From the IMG/VR virus record IMGVR_UViG_3300010361_000008, positions 1-34,751 of that record: a stretch of DNA of 34,751 nt; one strand, written 5' to 3'. Each line of letters opens with the position of its first letter. Within the stretch, counting starts at the first letter, position 1. Shown piece after piece: positions 17,960 through 28,300 of the stretch. The notes beneath the pieces are model-generated. The model did not search any database, was not told where the DNA came from, and saw only the letters and a list, made by a program, of their open reading frames with translations. The translations under genes and the position numbers were made by a program. Source of the DNA: a virus (taxonomy: Duplodnaviria; Caudoviricetes).

Positions 17960-18786
17960 GATCGACATCAACCACTCCGTTCTGGAATAACATTCAGTTC
18001 AATCAGGGCCTTTTTGGAGGCAACGTAGCTGGCCTCGAGGTCGAAACAGCGTACGACATCATCTACGCTGCATTGCGAAAGGCCGGCGTCACGCTCGGCC
18101 CGCAGCGAACGCCATCGCCCGCGCAGCAGGAAGACGGCCTCGAAGAGCTCGGCCGGCTTGTCGGATCCCTCAACTGCGACCGGCTCTTCATCTTCACCAT
18201 CCAGATTCTGACGCTGACTCTGACAGCCGGCAAGAAAGTCTACACGATCGGGATCGATCCGCAGGGACTCGTCCAGGCCGATTTTCCGTATACGCGGCCG
18301 CAGGCCATCGATCAGGCGAACGTGATTCTGACTTACAACAACCCTCCCATACGCCTGCCGGTTTCTGTTCTCACGCCGCAGCAATGGTCCTCGATCACGT
18401 TGCAGGACATCCCCAACATGATTCCGCAGGCGTGTTACATCGACCAGAACTGGCCGATCGCAAACCTGTACGTCTGGGGCCAGCCATGGCAGGCCATGGA
18501 TCTGGAGCTGTACGTCTGGTCCTACGTGCAGACGTTCTTCCAGACCACGGACGTCCTCGTACTGCCGCCCGGATATAACGACGCTCTGACGCTCAATCTC
18601 GCTTGCCGCCTGGCGCCGCACTTTCAGAGGATCGTGGACCCGGACCTCAGAGGCCAGGCCCGGGAAGCTCTGATGCGCGTCGAATCGCTCAACGCGCCGC
18701 GGCCGATCCTGATCACGCCGTTCGGTGATGGAGCAGTTGGCAGAATGAACAACTACAACATTTACTCCGATCAGTTTTATCGATGA
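17956..18786 (+). CDS. P22 gp4-like head-to-tail adaptor, copy 2
   Basis: GGAG RBS at 17943; DIIYAALRKAGV...DGLEELGRLVGSL; LPPGYNDALTLNLACRLAPHF. Confidence 0.82.
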   Translation: MGSTSTTPFWNNIQFNQGLFGGNVAGLEVETAYDIIYAALRKAGVTLGPQRTPSPAQQEDGLEELGRLVGSLNCDRLFIFTIQILTLTLTAGKKVYTIGIDPQGLVQADFPYTRPQAIDQANVILTYNNPPIRLPVSVLTPQQWSSITLQDIPNMIPQACYIDQNWPIANLYVWGQPWQAMDLELYVWSYVQTFFQTTDVLVLPPGYNDALTLNLACRLAPHFQRIVDPDLRGQAREALMRVESLNAPRPILITPFGDGAVGRMNNYNIYSDQFYR

Positions 18787-20501
18787 GAATTTCGCTCGCC
18801 GGCCCTTTCTATACATCGCGTTCGGTAGTCGCCGCGGCGCAGCAGACCATGAACCTGATCCCCGAAGCGGTCGAAGCGGGAAACGAGGTCGCGAGGCTCG
18901 TGCTCTACGGGCGGCCGGGATTGAAGCAGTTCTCCCAGCTCCCGTCCGCGAAGATTCGCGGCATGTGGGCCGGTCCGGACAGGCTGTTCGTGGTGGCGGG
19001 AACCGATTGGATCGAGGTCAACCCGGACGGAACGTACACTGTCCGGTCAGGCGCAATCCAGGAGATGCCAGGCGCCGATCCCGATCCCGTTTCGATCTCG
19101 TCCAACGGCACGCAGCTAATGATTGTCGGCGGCCAGAACGTCTACATCGACAACGGAACGGGAGCCGTGGGGGCGCAGTGGGCCGTGACGGGAAACGGCG
19201 ACACGTCCGCTTCCGGCCTTGTCTGGACGTCCGGCCCGCAATTCCAGACGTCATGGACGAACATGCCGATCATCATCGACGGCGCCGATTATGTGGTCGG
19301 ACTGGTCAACTCGCCGACACATCTTCAGGTAAGCTCCACCTCGGGAACGCTTCCGACCGCGAGCGACGTTGTCTGGGAGATCGCGGCCGGCGGCCAGGTG
19401 GACGGAGTGACCGGCGGATATCTGGACGGATACTTCATCGTCAACCGTGTTCCGACACCCGGCGCGGCCAATGATCCGGGCAAGCAGTTCAATATCTCGG
19501 CTCTCTATGACGGAACACGCTGGAATCCGCTCGACTTCGGCGTCAAGGAAGGCGCTCCGGATTACATCAACTCCATCCTCTGCGATCACGAGGAACTGTG
19601 GCTTTTCGGAGACGATTACGCAACCGAGGTCTGGACGAATGTCGGATCGCAGGTGGTAAACGGAGTCGCGACTTTTCCGTTTCAGCGCATACCCGGAGCG
19701 TTCATCCAGATCGGGAGCGCGGCGACGTGGTCACCATGTTCCGCGGGCCAGACCGTCTGCTTCCTCGGCCTCGACCGCGGCCAGACGATCGCCTATCAGG
19801 CCACGGGGCTTCAGCCGCAGCGCATCTCCACTCATGCCATCGAACAGAACTGGAACCAGCCCGGATACCGCGTCAACGACGTCGTCACTTACAGCTATAG
19901 CGAGGACGGGCATGTTCACTGGGTTCTGAACTTCTGGCAGCAGGGCGAGACGTGGGTCTATGATCTGACGGAAGGGCTCTGGCACTCACGCGCGAGCTGG
20001 GATGCAACAGCCAAGCACTTTACGCGCTATCTGCCATGGTTCCACGCCTTCATTCCGTTGTGGTCGCCGGGGAACACGGGCGTTCCCACGGGCCAGCACA
20101 TCGTGGGCGACCCCAGCACCGGCATCTTGTACACGCAGAACATCAACTATTTCGACGACAACGGGCTCGCGGTCCAGTATCAGCGGGCCTTCCCCCATCT
20201 CATCAACGAGAACCAGTACGGGTATCACCACCGTTTCGAACTGTACATGGAGATGGGAGCGCTCGGTCCTTCCGATCCGTCGCCGATAGTCGGGCTCGAC
20301 TGGTCGGACGACCGCGGCCACACGTTCAACGATCCGATCGCGCGCACGACGGCTTCGGACATACCGGGGGATTACACCCAGCGCATCGCGTTCCGGCGCC
20401 TGGGAAAGGCCCGGGACCGCATCTACCGGGTCGGTGTGACCGCGCACACCAAGATCGCGCTCATCGATGCTTACCTGGAAGCAACGCCAGGATTCGCGTA
20501 A
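18783..20501 (+). CDS. P22 gp10-like tail hub / DNA stabilisation protein
   Basis: LYGRPGL, YLDGYFI, TEVWTNVG, RISTHAIE, TWVYD...WH.R, WSDDRGHTF, RRLGKARDRIY. Confidence 0.92.
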   Translation: MRISLAGPFYTSRSVVAAAQQTMNLIPEAVEAGNEVARLVLYGRPGLKQFSQLPSAKIRGMWAGPDRLFVVAGTDWIEVNPDGTYTVRSGAIQEMPGADPDPVSISSNGTQLMIVGGQNVYIDNGTGAVGAQWAVTGNGDTSASGLVWTSGPQFQTSWTNMPIIIDGADYVVGLVNSPTHLQVSSTSGTLPTASDVVWEIAAGGQVDGVTGGYLDGYFIVNRVPTPGAANDPGKQFNISALYDGTRWNPLDFGVKEGAPDYINSILCDHEELWLFGDDYATEVWTNVGSQVVNGVATFPFQRIPGAFIQIGSAATWSPCSAGQTVCFLGLDRGQTIAYQATGLQPQRISTHAIEQNWNQPGYRVNDVVTYSYSEDGHVHWVLNFWQQGETWVYDLTEGLWHSRASWDATAKHFTRYLPWFHAFIPLWSPGNTGVPTGQHIVGDPSTGILYTQNINYFDDNGLAVQYQRAFPHLINENQYGYHHRFELYMEMGALGPSDPSPIVGLDWSDDRGHTFNDPIARTTASDIPGDYTQRIAFRRLGKARDRIYRVGVTAHTKIALIDAYLEATPGFA

Positions 20502-22003
20502 TGGCTACACCTCCCGAAGCTCTGCAGATTCCGCCTATCCGGACTGATCTCACCGAACCTGCGCCGTCTTCCAGCGGCCAGCCTAATACGGCGAAGGAAT
20601 GGTACTACTACTGGCGGCGAACCGGAGCCCAGGTCAACTCACTGTGGGGAATGGTCACGTATGGGACGCACGCGAACCGTCCCGCGCCCGGAACGGTTCC
20701 GGACGGAGCCTTTTATTTCGAGACGGACCGCGGCGCACTTTACGAGTTCCGGTACGGACACTGGAAGTACGTCGCCGGAATTATGTTCGGCACTCTGAAT
20801 CCGGACCAGAGGCCGACCGATCTCGGAACCTACGACGCCGGGTTCGACTTCAGGTCTACCGATTCGAATACGGACTATGCTCCTCGGGAGTTCATGTGGT
20901 CCCAGACCCAGTGGATCGAGATCACGCAGGTTCTGTACGGAACCCATGCCAACCGGCCCGCTGCGAACGCTCAGACGCCGGCACGCACGATCTACGTCGA
21001 AACAGATCGTGGCAATGTCATCTATCAGAATCAGGGCAACAACTGGATCTATGTCGCCGGAAGAATGTGGGGAACAGTTGCGCCGACGGATCAGCGGCCG
21101 ACGGACCTTGGGGCGAACGATAAAGACTTTACTTTCTGTGACAGCAACAATGCTCCGTACCAGGAATTCGTGTGGACCGGAAGCGCATGGAGCCAGGTCA
21201 ATTTTCCGCAGCCCACGGTTTACTGGACTGCCGGAACCCCAACCGGGGCGATCTACTACAGCGGCGGTCCGGTAGGAATCGGGCTGAACAATCCGGCGTC
21301 AGGTCTGGAGGTTTCCGGCGCGAACACCGGAAATAACTACTATGCGAACGGAGATCCGGCGGCCGGCGCAATCACCTTGCAGGACAGCGGAGGAGGGGGC
21401 GGGAACGGCGGCCTCATATTATTCGGCGCGGCTGAAGGTTTATTCGCAGGTATCAAGGCGTATCTGGCAAGCGGAAGCGGACCTGCGGGCGACCTCATTT
21501 TTATGACTCGCACAACGTCCGGGAACCTCGTCGAGCGCATGCGTGTCGGTTATGGCGGCAATGTCGGCATCGGCATGGACGCCAGCTACCTGCTGCAACT
21601 GTCCTCGGATTCCGCGGCCAAACCGGGTACTAATACGTGGACAATCGCATCCGACATCCGCATGAAGCGAAACGTACATCGCTTCCAAGGCGACATCAAC
21701 GTCATTCGGCGCCTGAATCCGATTGCGGCGGAATATAACGGAAAAGGCGGCACGCCGGAAGGCGCGAGAGTGGTCTCGTTCGATGCCGCCGAACTCCGCG
21801 AGATCGTGCCGCAGGCCGTCTCGAGCGTGCGCGGAAAGCTGCATCCGGACGATGCGGAAGAGACGGAATTACTCGGCGTCAACACGCATGAGATCTTCTA
21901 CCACATGCTGCGCGCGATTCAATATCTGGACCGCGAGGTTCAGGAACTGCGCGGGCATCACTCCGGCATCATCGAGCAAATGCGCCAGAAGCTTCACCTG
22001 TGA
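20501..22003 (+). CDS. Tail fibre/needle with tandem repeat and C-terminal intramolecular chaperone (peptidase S74-like)
   Basis: TAATG overlap; ERMRV..GGNVGIG fibre motif; SDIRMKRNV cleavage motif; terminal coiled coil. Confidence 0.85.
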   Translation: MATPPEALQIPPIRTDLTEPAPSSSGQPNTAKEWYYYWRRTGAQVNSLWGMVTYGTHANRPAPGTVPDGAFYFETDRGALYEFRYGHWKYVAGIMFGTLNPDQRPTDLGTYDAGFDFRSTDSNTDYAPREFMWSQTQWIEITQVLYGTHANRPAANAQTPARTIYVETDRGNVIYQNQGNNWIYVAGRMWGTVAPTDQRPTDLGANDKDFTFCDSNNAPYQEFVWTGSAWSQVNFPQPTVYWTAGTPTGAIYYSGGPVGIGLNNPASGLEVSGANTGNNYYANGDPAAGAITLQDSGGGGGNGGLILFGAAEGLFAGIKAYLASGSGPAGDLIFMTRTTSGNLVERMRVGYGGNVGIGMDASYLLQLSSDSAAKPGTNTWTIASDIRMKRNVHRFQGDINVIRRLNPIAAEYNGKGGTPEGARVVSFDAAELREIVPQAVSSVRGKLHPDDAEETELLGVNTHEIFYHMLRAIQYLDREVQELRGHHSGIIEQMRQKLHL

Positions 22004-22539
22004 TCCACTTTGAGCGCTCTTTCGACTACAGCCTGATCCGCGACATCATCACTCATCCGAAGCTCTGGCCGCATCTGTCCGACGATCTGACGCCGCCGGC
22101 AAGCCAGTTCCGTCCGGTCGAGAGTCCCCTGATCTGGTACGTGCTTCCCTACTACCACCGCTCGAGCGAAGAAGCTCCGGATCTGCTGGGGATGTGGATG
22201 TTTGTCCCGCAGACGTCGATCTGCTGGGAGGTCCATACGGCACTTCTGCCGGTCGCGTGGGGCCCGCTCGGCCAGATGGCGGCCCGTCTGCTGCCGGGCT
22301 GGATGTGGGCGAACTCGCAGTGCCGGCGCATCGTGACGAATGTCCCCTCGCCCAATCGCCTGGCTCTGCGGTTCGCCATCAAGGCCGGCATGAAAATCTA
22401 CGGCTGCAATCGCCAGAGCTATCTCAAAAACGGCGTGCTTTGCGACCAGCTATGCCTGGGACTGTCGAAGCCCGATGAATGGCCTTCCGTTGGGGCGGAA
22501 ACGGGCCTGGAATCGATCGAGGAGCCTATATGCCAGTAG
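22000..22539 (+). CDS. P22 gp14-like GNAT-fold protein
   Basis: WEVHTALLP..WG, RRIVTNVP..NRLALRFA.KAG...G; gp14 syntenic position. Confidence 0.8.
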   Translation: MIHFERSFDYSLIRDIITHPKLWPHLSDDLTPPASQFRPVESPLIWYVLPYYHRSSEEAPDLLGMWMFVPQTSICWEVHTALLPVAWGPLGQMAARLLPGWMWANSQCRRIVTNVPSPNRLALRFAIKAGMKIYGCNRQSYLKNGVLCDQLCLGLSKPDEWPSVGAETGLESIEEPICQ

Positions 22540-23582
22540 CGGCTGCGCTTCCGTTCATAGGACCCATTGTCGGTGGAGTGGGCTCCATCGCAGGCGGCAT
22601 CAAGGGATCGAACGCCGCGAGCTCAGCCGGCGCCCTGCAGGCGCGAGCCGCCCAGCAGGCGATGCAGTTGATCCAGAACCAGCTCGGCCAGGTGAACCCG
22701 GCCATCGGGACCGCGGCTCAGAACGCCGCGGCCGCGGCGGCCGGCGCCGCGCAGACGGCCGGCCAGGGAGTCACGACGGCCGCGCAAAACGCCTCGACCG
22801 GCATCCAGAACGCAGCTCAAGGCGCTAACGCACTGCTGAACCCCTACCTCCAGACCGGCAACCAGGCCACGCAGACTCTCGCGCAGATGATGGCCCCGGG
22901 GGGGCAGTTGATGCAGCCCTTTACTATGCAGACGATGCAGGCGATGGATCCCGGCTATCAGTTCCGCATCGATCAGGCGAACAAAGCACTGCAGGCTTCG
23001 GCCGCGGCCCGGGGGGGAGCGCTCGGGGGGGGAACGGCATCGGCTCTCGCGGCACAGACGCAGAATCTCGCGTCGGGAGAATACGCCAACGCATTCAACC
23101 GCTATCTCGCTCAGAACCAGCAACTATATGCGCAACTCTCCGGCCAGGCCGCGCAGGGGCAGGCCGCGGCCGGCGCCAGCGGCCTGAACCTCATGAACGC
23201 GGGGCAGCTTGCGGGCGGATGGGGGACCGGCGCCGCGAACCTCGCCGGCAACTATCTGACGCAGGGGACGCAATACGGCGGGACGATCACCACCAACGCG
23301 GCCCAGCAGATGGCCCAGAACGCGATGACCGCGACAGGCCAGATGTCGAACCTGCTGACCGGCGGCGCCGCGGCGCAGGCAGCCGGCCAGGTCGGGGCGG
23401 CAAACGCCTGGTCGAACGCGCTGGGCGGCCTCGGAAATGCAGCCATCGGAGCGGGCAACATTTACAACCAGCAGAATCTGCTCAACCTGATCAGGGGCAG
23501 CAATGGGAATTTGAACTTTACGTTGCCGATACCGACGGCTTACATGAACAGCCCTTACAGCACGCCGGGGTTCGTCGGGTAA
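22530..23582 (+). CDS. Ejection protein (gp7-like)
   Basis: GAGGAG RBS; Ala/Gly/Gln rich; PYLQTG, DPGYQFR, SAAARGGALGG. Confidence 0.85.
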   Translation: MPVAAALPFIGPIVGGVGSIAGGIKGSNAASSAGALQARAAQQAMQLIQNQLGQVNPAIGTAAQNAAAAAAGAAQTAGQGVTTAAQNASTGIQNAAQGANALLNPYLQTGNQATQTLAQMMAPGGQLMQPFTMQTMQAMDPGYQFRIDQANKALQASAAARGGALGGGTASALAAQTQNLASGEYANAFNRYLAQNQQLYAQLSGQAAQGQAAAGASGLNLMNAGQLAGGWGTGAANLAGNYLTQGTQYGGTITTNAAQQMAQNAMTATGQMSNLLTGGAAAQAAGQVGAANAWSNALGGLGNAAIGAGNIYNQQNLLNLIRGSNGNLNFTLPIPTAYMNSPYSTPGFVG

Positions 23583-23586
23583 TTCT

Positions 23587-25395
23587 ATGGCAATCGATCC
23601 CTCGATCGCTCTCGCAGTGCAGCCGGTGAACGTCACCGCGCAGTATCCGACACCGTTCCAGAACGTGGGACAGATCCTGTCTCTCCAGCAGATGATGCGC
23701 CAGGGTCAGATGCAGCAGCTCGAGCTGCAGCAGGCGCAGCAGATGTGGGAAGAGCGCCAGCGTCTCAACCAGTTGCTGTTCGGCCAGCAGGCAGGCCAGC
23801 AGCCAACACAGGCCCCGGCGCCTTCGTCCACCCAGCCGGCCACTTCCGCGCCGGCCGCAGCCGCTCCCGATGCGTTCGCGGCCGCGCCGCTGGCGACACA
23901 GGAGCTTCTCAATCAGGCGACGGCCGCGCAGCCAGCGGCTCAGACCGCGCCCACGCTCAGCGCCGCGAGGCCGACCGGTGAGATCCAGACGCCCGGCCAG
24001 GTCGCGGTTCCGGACTTTCAGAAGTGGATCGAGGTCGCTCCGAACCTGGGTCCGCAGATGATGGAGAACTATTCCAAGGCCATCAAGAGCTACTACGATC
24101 TGCAGAACGCGCAGTTCACGCAGGTTCAGAACACGGGAAAGCGTGTCGCGCAGCTCGCCGGATCCATCGTCGATCCACAAACGCAGATGACCGCGATCGC
24201 AACGGCGGTGAAAGAAGGCCTCGTCAATCCTGAGGAAGGGCGCCGCCTGATGACGGTCTCGCCCAACGACCCGATCTGGAAATCGTGGCAGAACCAGGGC
24301 ATGACGGCATCGGAGAATGCGTCCAACGAGATCGCCAATGCACGCCTGCACATGGATCAGCTATCGAAGGCCATCGAGTTTGCGAAGGCTCCTTATGAAT
24401 TGCAAAGGACGCAAGCCGAGGCCACAACCGCGGGAATGACCGCGGCGGATGCGCAGCGGGCGCAGGATGCGCAGACTCTCGCCGTCGCCGCGGCGCAGGG
24501 TCCGGCTCAACTCCAGACCGCTCTCGCAGGCCTTCCCGCGGCGCGCCAGGCGGCGTTTGCCGGCGCAACCACTCCAACCGACATTCTTACCCGCGGTTTG
24601 AAACCACAGGAGCAGTTAACGACGGCCGAGACGAAGCGCCAGCACAATATCACGGCCGTAAATGAAGCCATCAAAACCGGAATCGAAAAACAGAAATTCG
24701 ATCTCGAATTCGGGCCTGGAACCGTCGATTCGCTGGTCGAACAGATCAGACAGAATCCCGACACCGCGGTCCAGAACGTTCCGCAGGCTCTTCGCACTCC
24801 CGTAGCGCAAGGGCTTACGGCGAAGTACGGCCTTCCGTTCCCCAAACCTCTGAGCGGCCAGCAGTCCGAACAGGAGGTCGCCTCGAGATCGACTCTCAAT
24901 GCGGTCAACTATATCCGTTCCGCGCTCGACGACCCGGAGATTGCGGGCAATATCGGGCCGATCCTGGGGCGCCTTCAGGACGTGGGGCAGAGGATCGGGA
25001 CAGCCGGAACGTTATCTCCCGCGGCCGCAGCTAAGGCGCAGGAGCTGCGCACGCAGATGCGCCTGTTACTTACGCAGGAGCCGCGCGAGTTCGGGGGCAG
25101 GCTCACGCCGGCCCTGATGGAGGAGCTTCAGAAGAGCGGACCGCGGGTCGATATGAATATCGACATGCTGAAGGGAGCGTTGAACGGCACGGAGGTCACG
25201 TCATTGAACCAGCTCGACAATCTCGACAAGGCGCGGTTCGGCGGAAAGGCGCGGCCGCGAACGGATCGAGGCCTCGAGCCTACTCAGGACGTGCGGACCG
25301 CCATCATGGGCCAGAAAAAAGGCCCCGGGATGTATCAGATGACGGACGGATCAGCGTGGTACCTCACTCGAGACGGGCAGATCATCCCAAGGTGA
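23587..25395 (+). CDS. Ejection protein (gp20 position)
   Basis: MAIDPSIAL start; Gln/Ala-rich helical; synteny. Confidence 0.75.
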   Translation: MAIDPSIALAVQPVNVTAQYPTPFQNVGQILSLQQMMRQGQMQQLELQQAQQMWEERQRLNQLLFGQQAGQQPTQAPAPSSTQPATSAPAAAAPDAFAAAPLATQELLNQATAAQPAAQTAPTLSAARPTGEIQTPGQVAVPDFQKWIEVAPNLGPQMMENYSKAIKSYYDLQNAQFTQVQNTGKRVAQLAGSIVDPQTQMTAIATAVKEGLVNPEEGRRLMTVSPNDPIWKSWQNQGMTASENASNEIANARLHMDQLSKAIEFAKAPYELQRTQAEATTAGMTAADAQRAQDAQTLAVAAAQGPAQLQTALAGLPAARQAAFAGATTPTDILTRGLKPQEQLTTAETKRQHNITAVNEAIKTGIEKQKFDLEFGPGTVDSLVEQIRQNPDTAVQNVPQALRTPVAQGLTAKYGLPFPKPLSGQQSEQEVASRSTLNAVNYIRSALDDPEIAGNIGPILGRLQDVGQRIGTAGTLSPAAAAKAQELRTQMRLLLTQEPREFGGRLTPALMEELQKSGPRVDMNIDMLKGALNGTEVTSLNQLDNLDKARFGGKARPRTDRGLEPTQDVRTAIMGQKKGPGMYQMTDGSAWYLTRDGQIIPR

Positions 25396-25398
25396 CAA

Positions 25399-28300
25399 TT
25401 GCCTGATGTCGAAGTCGCAAGCTTCACCCCCGCGGGCGGTTCCATAGACGTCGCGCCGCCCGTCCCGCCGGCCGCTCCCGTCCCGGCGACATCCACTCCC
25501 ATTTCCGCATTCTTCAACCCATCGCCACAGGAGTCGGCACTCCTCGCCGAGATCCGCCGCCGCGAATCGAGCGCCAATTACGCCGCCCTTCCTCCAAAAC
25601 CGACATCTGATAATCCACATCCGACGGCCTCCGGAGCCTATCAGTTCATTAACAGCACCTGGCGCGACACCTCGGATGCGACAGGTGTGCCGCAATATGC
25701 GACAGCGCGGCAGGCCCCCCGATGGGTGCAGGACGTAAACGCTCTTCACCTTCTGCGCAAGTACGGCGCGAACAGCAGCGCGAGCTGGCAGGCATCCGGG
25801 CCGTATGACGTATCGGCGATAACCGCGAGCGCAAACCCGCCCCTGGCAATCGGAAGCGCCAGCCGTTCCGCAGCTCCGACAGACGCTCTCGCGGGCGCAC
25901 CGGCCGGAGCTGATGGACAGGATCTCCTTTCGCGTCTTGCCGGCGGCGAAGACATCGACGTCACGCCGCAGATGATCGCGCAGATCATCAATGCTCGTCC
26001 GCAAGCTCTCCAGCCTGGTCCCGTTGCGCCTCAGCCGGCGGCTCCGATCGCAGTAGCGAACTTCCAGCCGGCGCCGGCCGCGCCGCCGGCCGGTCCGCAA
26101 CCCTCGGCTCTTTCGCGTTTCGGTACAGCTTTCGGGCAGTCGAGCGGATTGGAGGGAATCGAAAATCTGATCGGGGGCGGAACGCGCGCCGCTCTCGGAC
26201 GGTTTGTGGGCAATCCCGATTATGACGCCGAAAGACAGTTCGTCAGTGCAGGAAAAGGTCTGCTGATGGGATTGGCCCATGAACCGGGCCGTATATCCGG
26301 CGAGGTGCAGAAAGGATTCGACGCACTATCGCAAGGAGACATAAACGGGTTTGCCAATTCGCTTTACTACGCGGTTCCTTTCTTCGGGGGGGCAATCCGC
26401 AACATGGCGGATGCCTACAACAGTGGAGATTACGCGGGCGCCCTCGGACACCTGACCGGCATCGGCACGTCGATTCTAGCAGGCAGTCCGGAAGCCCGCG
26501 GAGCAACTGTCGCCAAACTCGGGGAGGCCGCGGAAGCTGTCAGCCACGCTGGACCGGCCGTCAGGGGTGGAGTATCCGGCGCATTCGAAGCGGCTACCAA
26601 GACGCTACCGCTCAAGAAATTCGGTCTGGATATCCCGGTTCCGCAGCCGATCATTACCGGGGCGGAGGGCGCGCTGGCGGCTCATTTTGCCGGTGTGCCG
26701 AAACCGGTCGGAGCCGCCGTGGGAGCTGCCGCCCCGGTTGTCATCGGCGCTGTTCGCGGCGCTCGCCAGGCACTCGCCGAACGCGCCGCGGCTGAGGCAG
26801 TCCCGGAAGCCGCCGCGCTGACTCCTGAAGTGATTCCAGTTTCACGACAGTTGCCGGCCGCAACCAGTATCATCACTCCGCCCCCGGAAGATACGAGCTT
26901 CGTGCGGGCCGTACCGGCGCAATATCCGGAAGTCGAGCCACGCCCCGGTGAAACCCTCACCGGTCCATTGCAAGGTGTTACATGGGATCCGACCCGTCGA
27001 GCTTGGGTATGGCGTCCGGCTGCGGAACCGGCAGCACCGGCCGAAATCGTACCTTCCGCTGCGGCGGCACCGGAACCTACGCTGACGCCTCGGGATCTCG
27101 TTCAGGAAGAAACCGGACGTCCGCCATCCCGCCAGACCCAGGCCCAACAGGCCGCCGCGGCGGAGACACTGGCCCAAACGCCCGCTCCTGAGCCTGCGGC
27201 GGCTCCACAAGCGCCCGAAGCACCGGCCGCGGTCCCAGAGATCCCCCCTCAGCCCGCAGCGCCCCAAGCGCCTGCAAGACGGCCGGACGCCGAGATCGCC
27301 GCGCAGCTCGAGGCGACCACGCGGCCCGACCGCATGGCCGACTTCCTCGTCCGGAACTTCGACGTCACGCCGGCCGACATCGATAAACTCGACCCTCACG
27401 ACTGGCAGCTCGTCGCGCAGGGAGCCGGCAGCCCAGCCGGGACCGCGCCGACGCCCGAAGATATCGCGCAGGTTCGCACGAACGTCGAAGCGCAGAATAG
27501 AATGCCGGCAACGCCGGCAGAAGCCGTGTCTCAGTTTGAAGCGAAGCGTGGGATGGGACGCGCGCAAGCTCCCGTACCGGAGGGGACTTCTGGGGGAGGC
27601 ACTCCGGAAGCGGCACCGACGGCGGCGCCAACTCCGGCATCCTCCGTGACGGCGCCGCCGCCGGCAGCAGTGTCGCCGGCCGAAGAGCTCGCCCGAATGA
27701 TGCCTGAGCACGCGGCCGCGCCACAGGAAGCGGGCGCGCGTGGCCCCACGGCATCAGAGGCACGCATCGAGACGCTCGCCCAACAGCTCGCCAAGGGCGA
27801 TATTCCTACGGAACACTTGGCGACCATCACGACCAATCCCGAAGCGCAGCTCTGGCTCGAGGAGCTCGCGCGCAGCCAGGGACTCGCCAGGCCCGCACCA
27901 GGCGAATTGCCGCAGATCCTTGACCGCGTGCAGCAATTGCGCGGGGGGGGACTGTCGGCAACCGCCCCGGCCGGCGCGGCGCCTGGTCCTCCCGGTCCAT
28001 CCGGAGCCGCGGCCGAAGCCGTCGAACCGGTGGCCGCGCAGCAGGTCGCCGAATCGGCTGATGCGGCACGGTCAAGCGGGCTTGAGCGCGTCTCCGACAC
28101 GCTCGGCAAAGCGGCCGATGACGCCATGGACCGGATGCGGAAGCGCGGCACGTTCAACGGAACGAGGCTGAATGCCGGCGTCCCGGTCGAAGACATGGCG
28201 GACATGGCGATCTGGGGCGCGGCCAAGCTCGCCAAAGGCGTGACGGACTTTACGAAATGGTCTAAAGAGATGCTCGCCGATGCCGGACCGGCCGCGGCCG

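Noticed and set aside
20640-21190. Tail fibre repeats as a diversity-generating retroelement TR/VR pair
   Set aside because: No reverse transcriptase; differences are not adenine-specific
22890-23035. G7-G8 runs in the gp7-like gene as phase-variation tracts
   Set aside because: They encode Gly-rich motifs in an intact frame; no evidence of slippage
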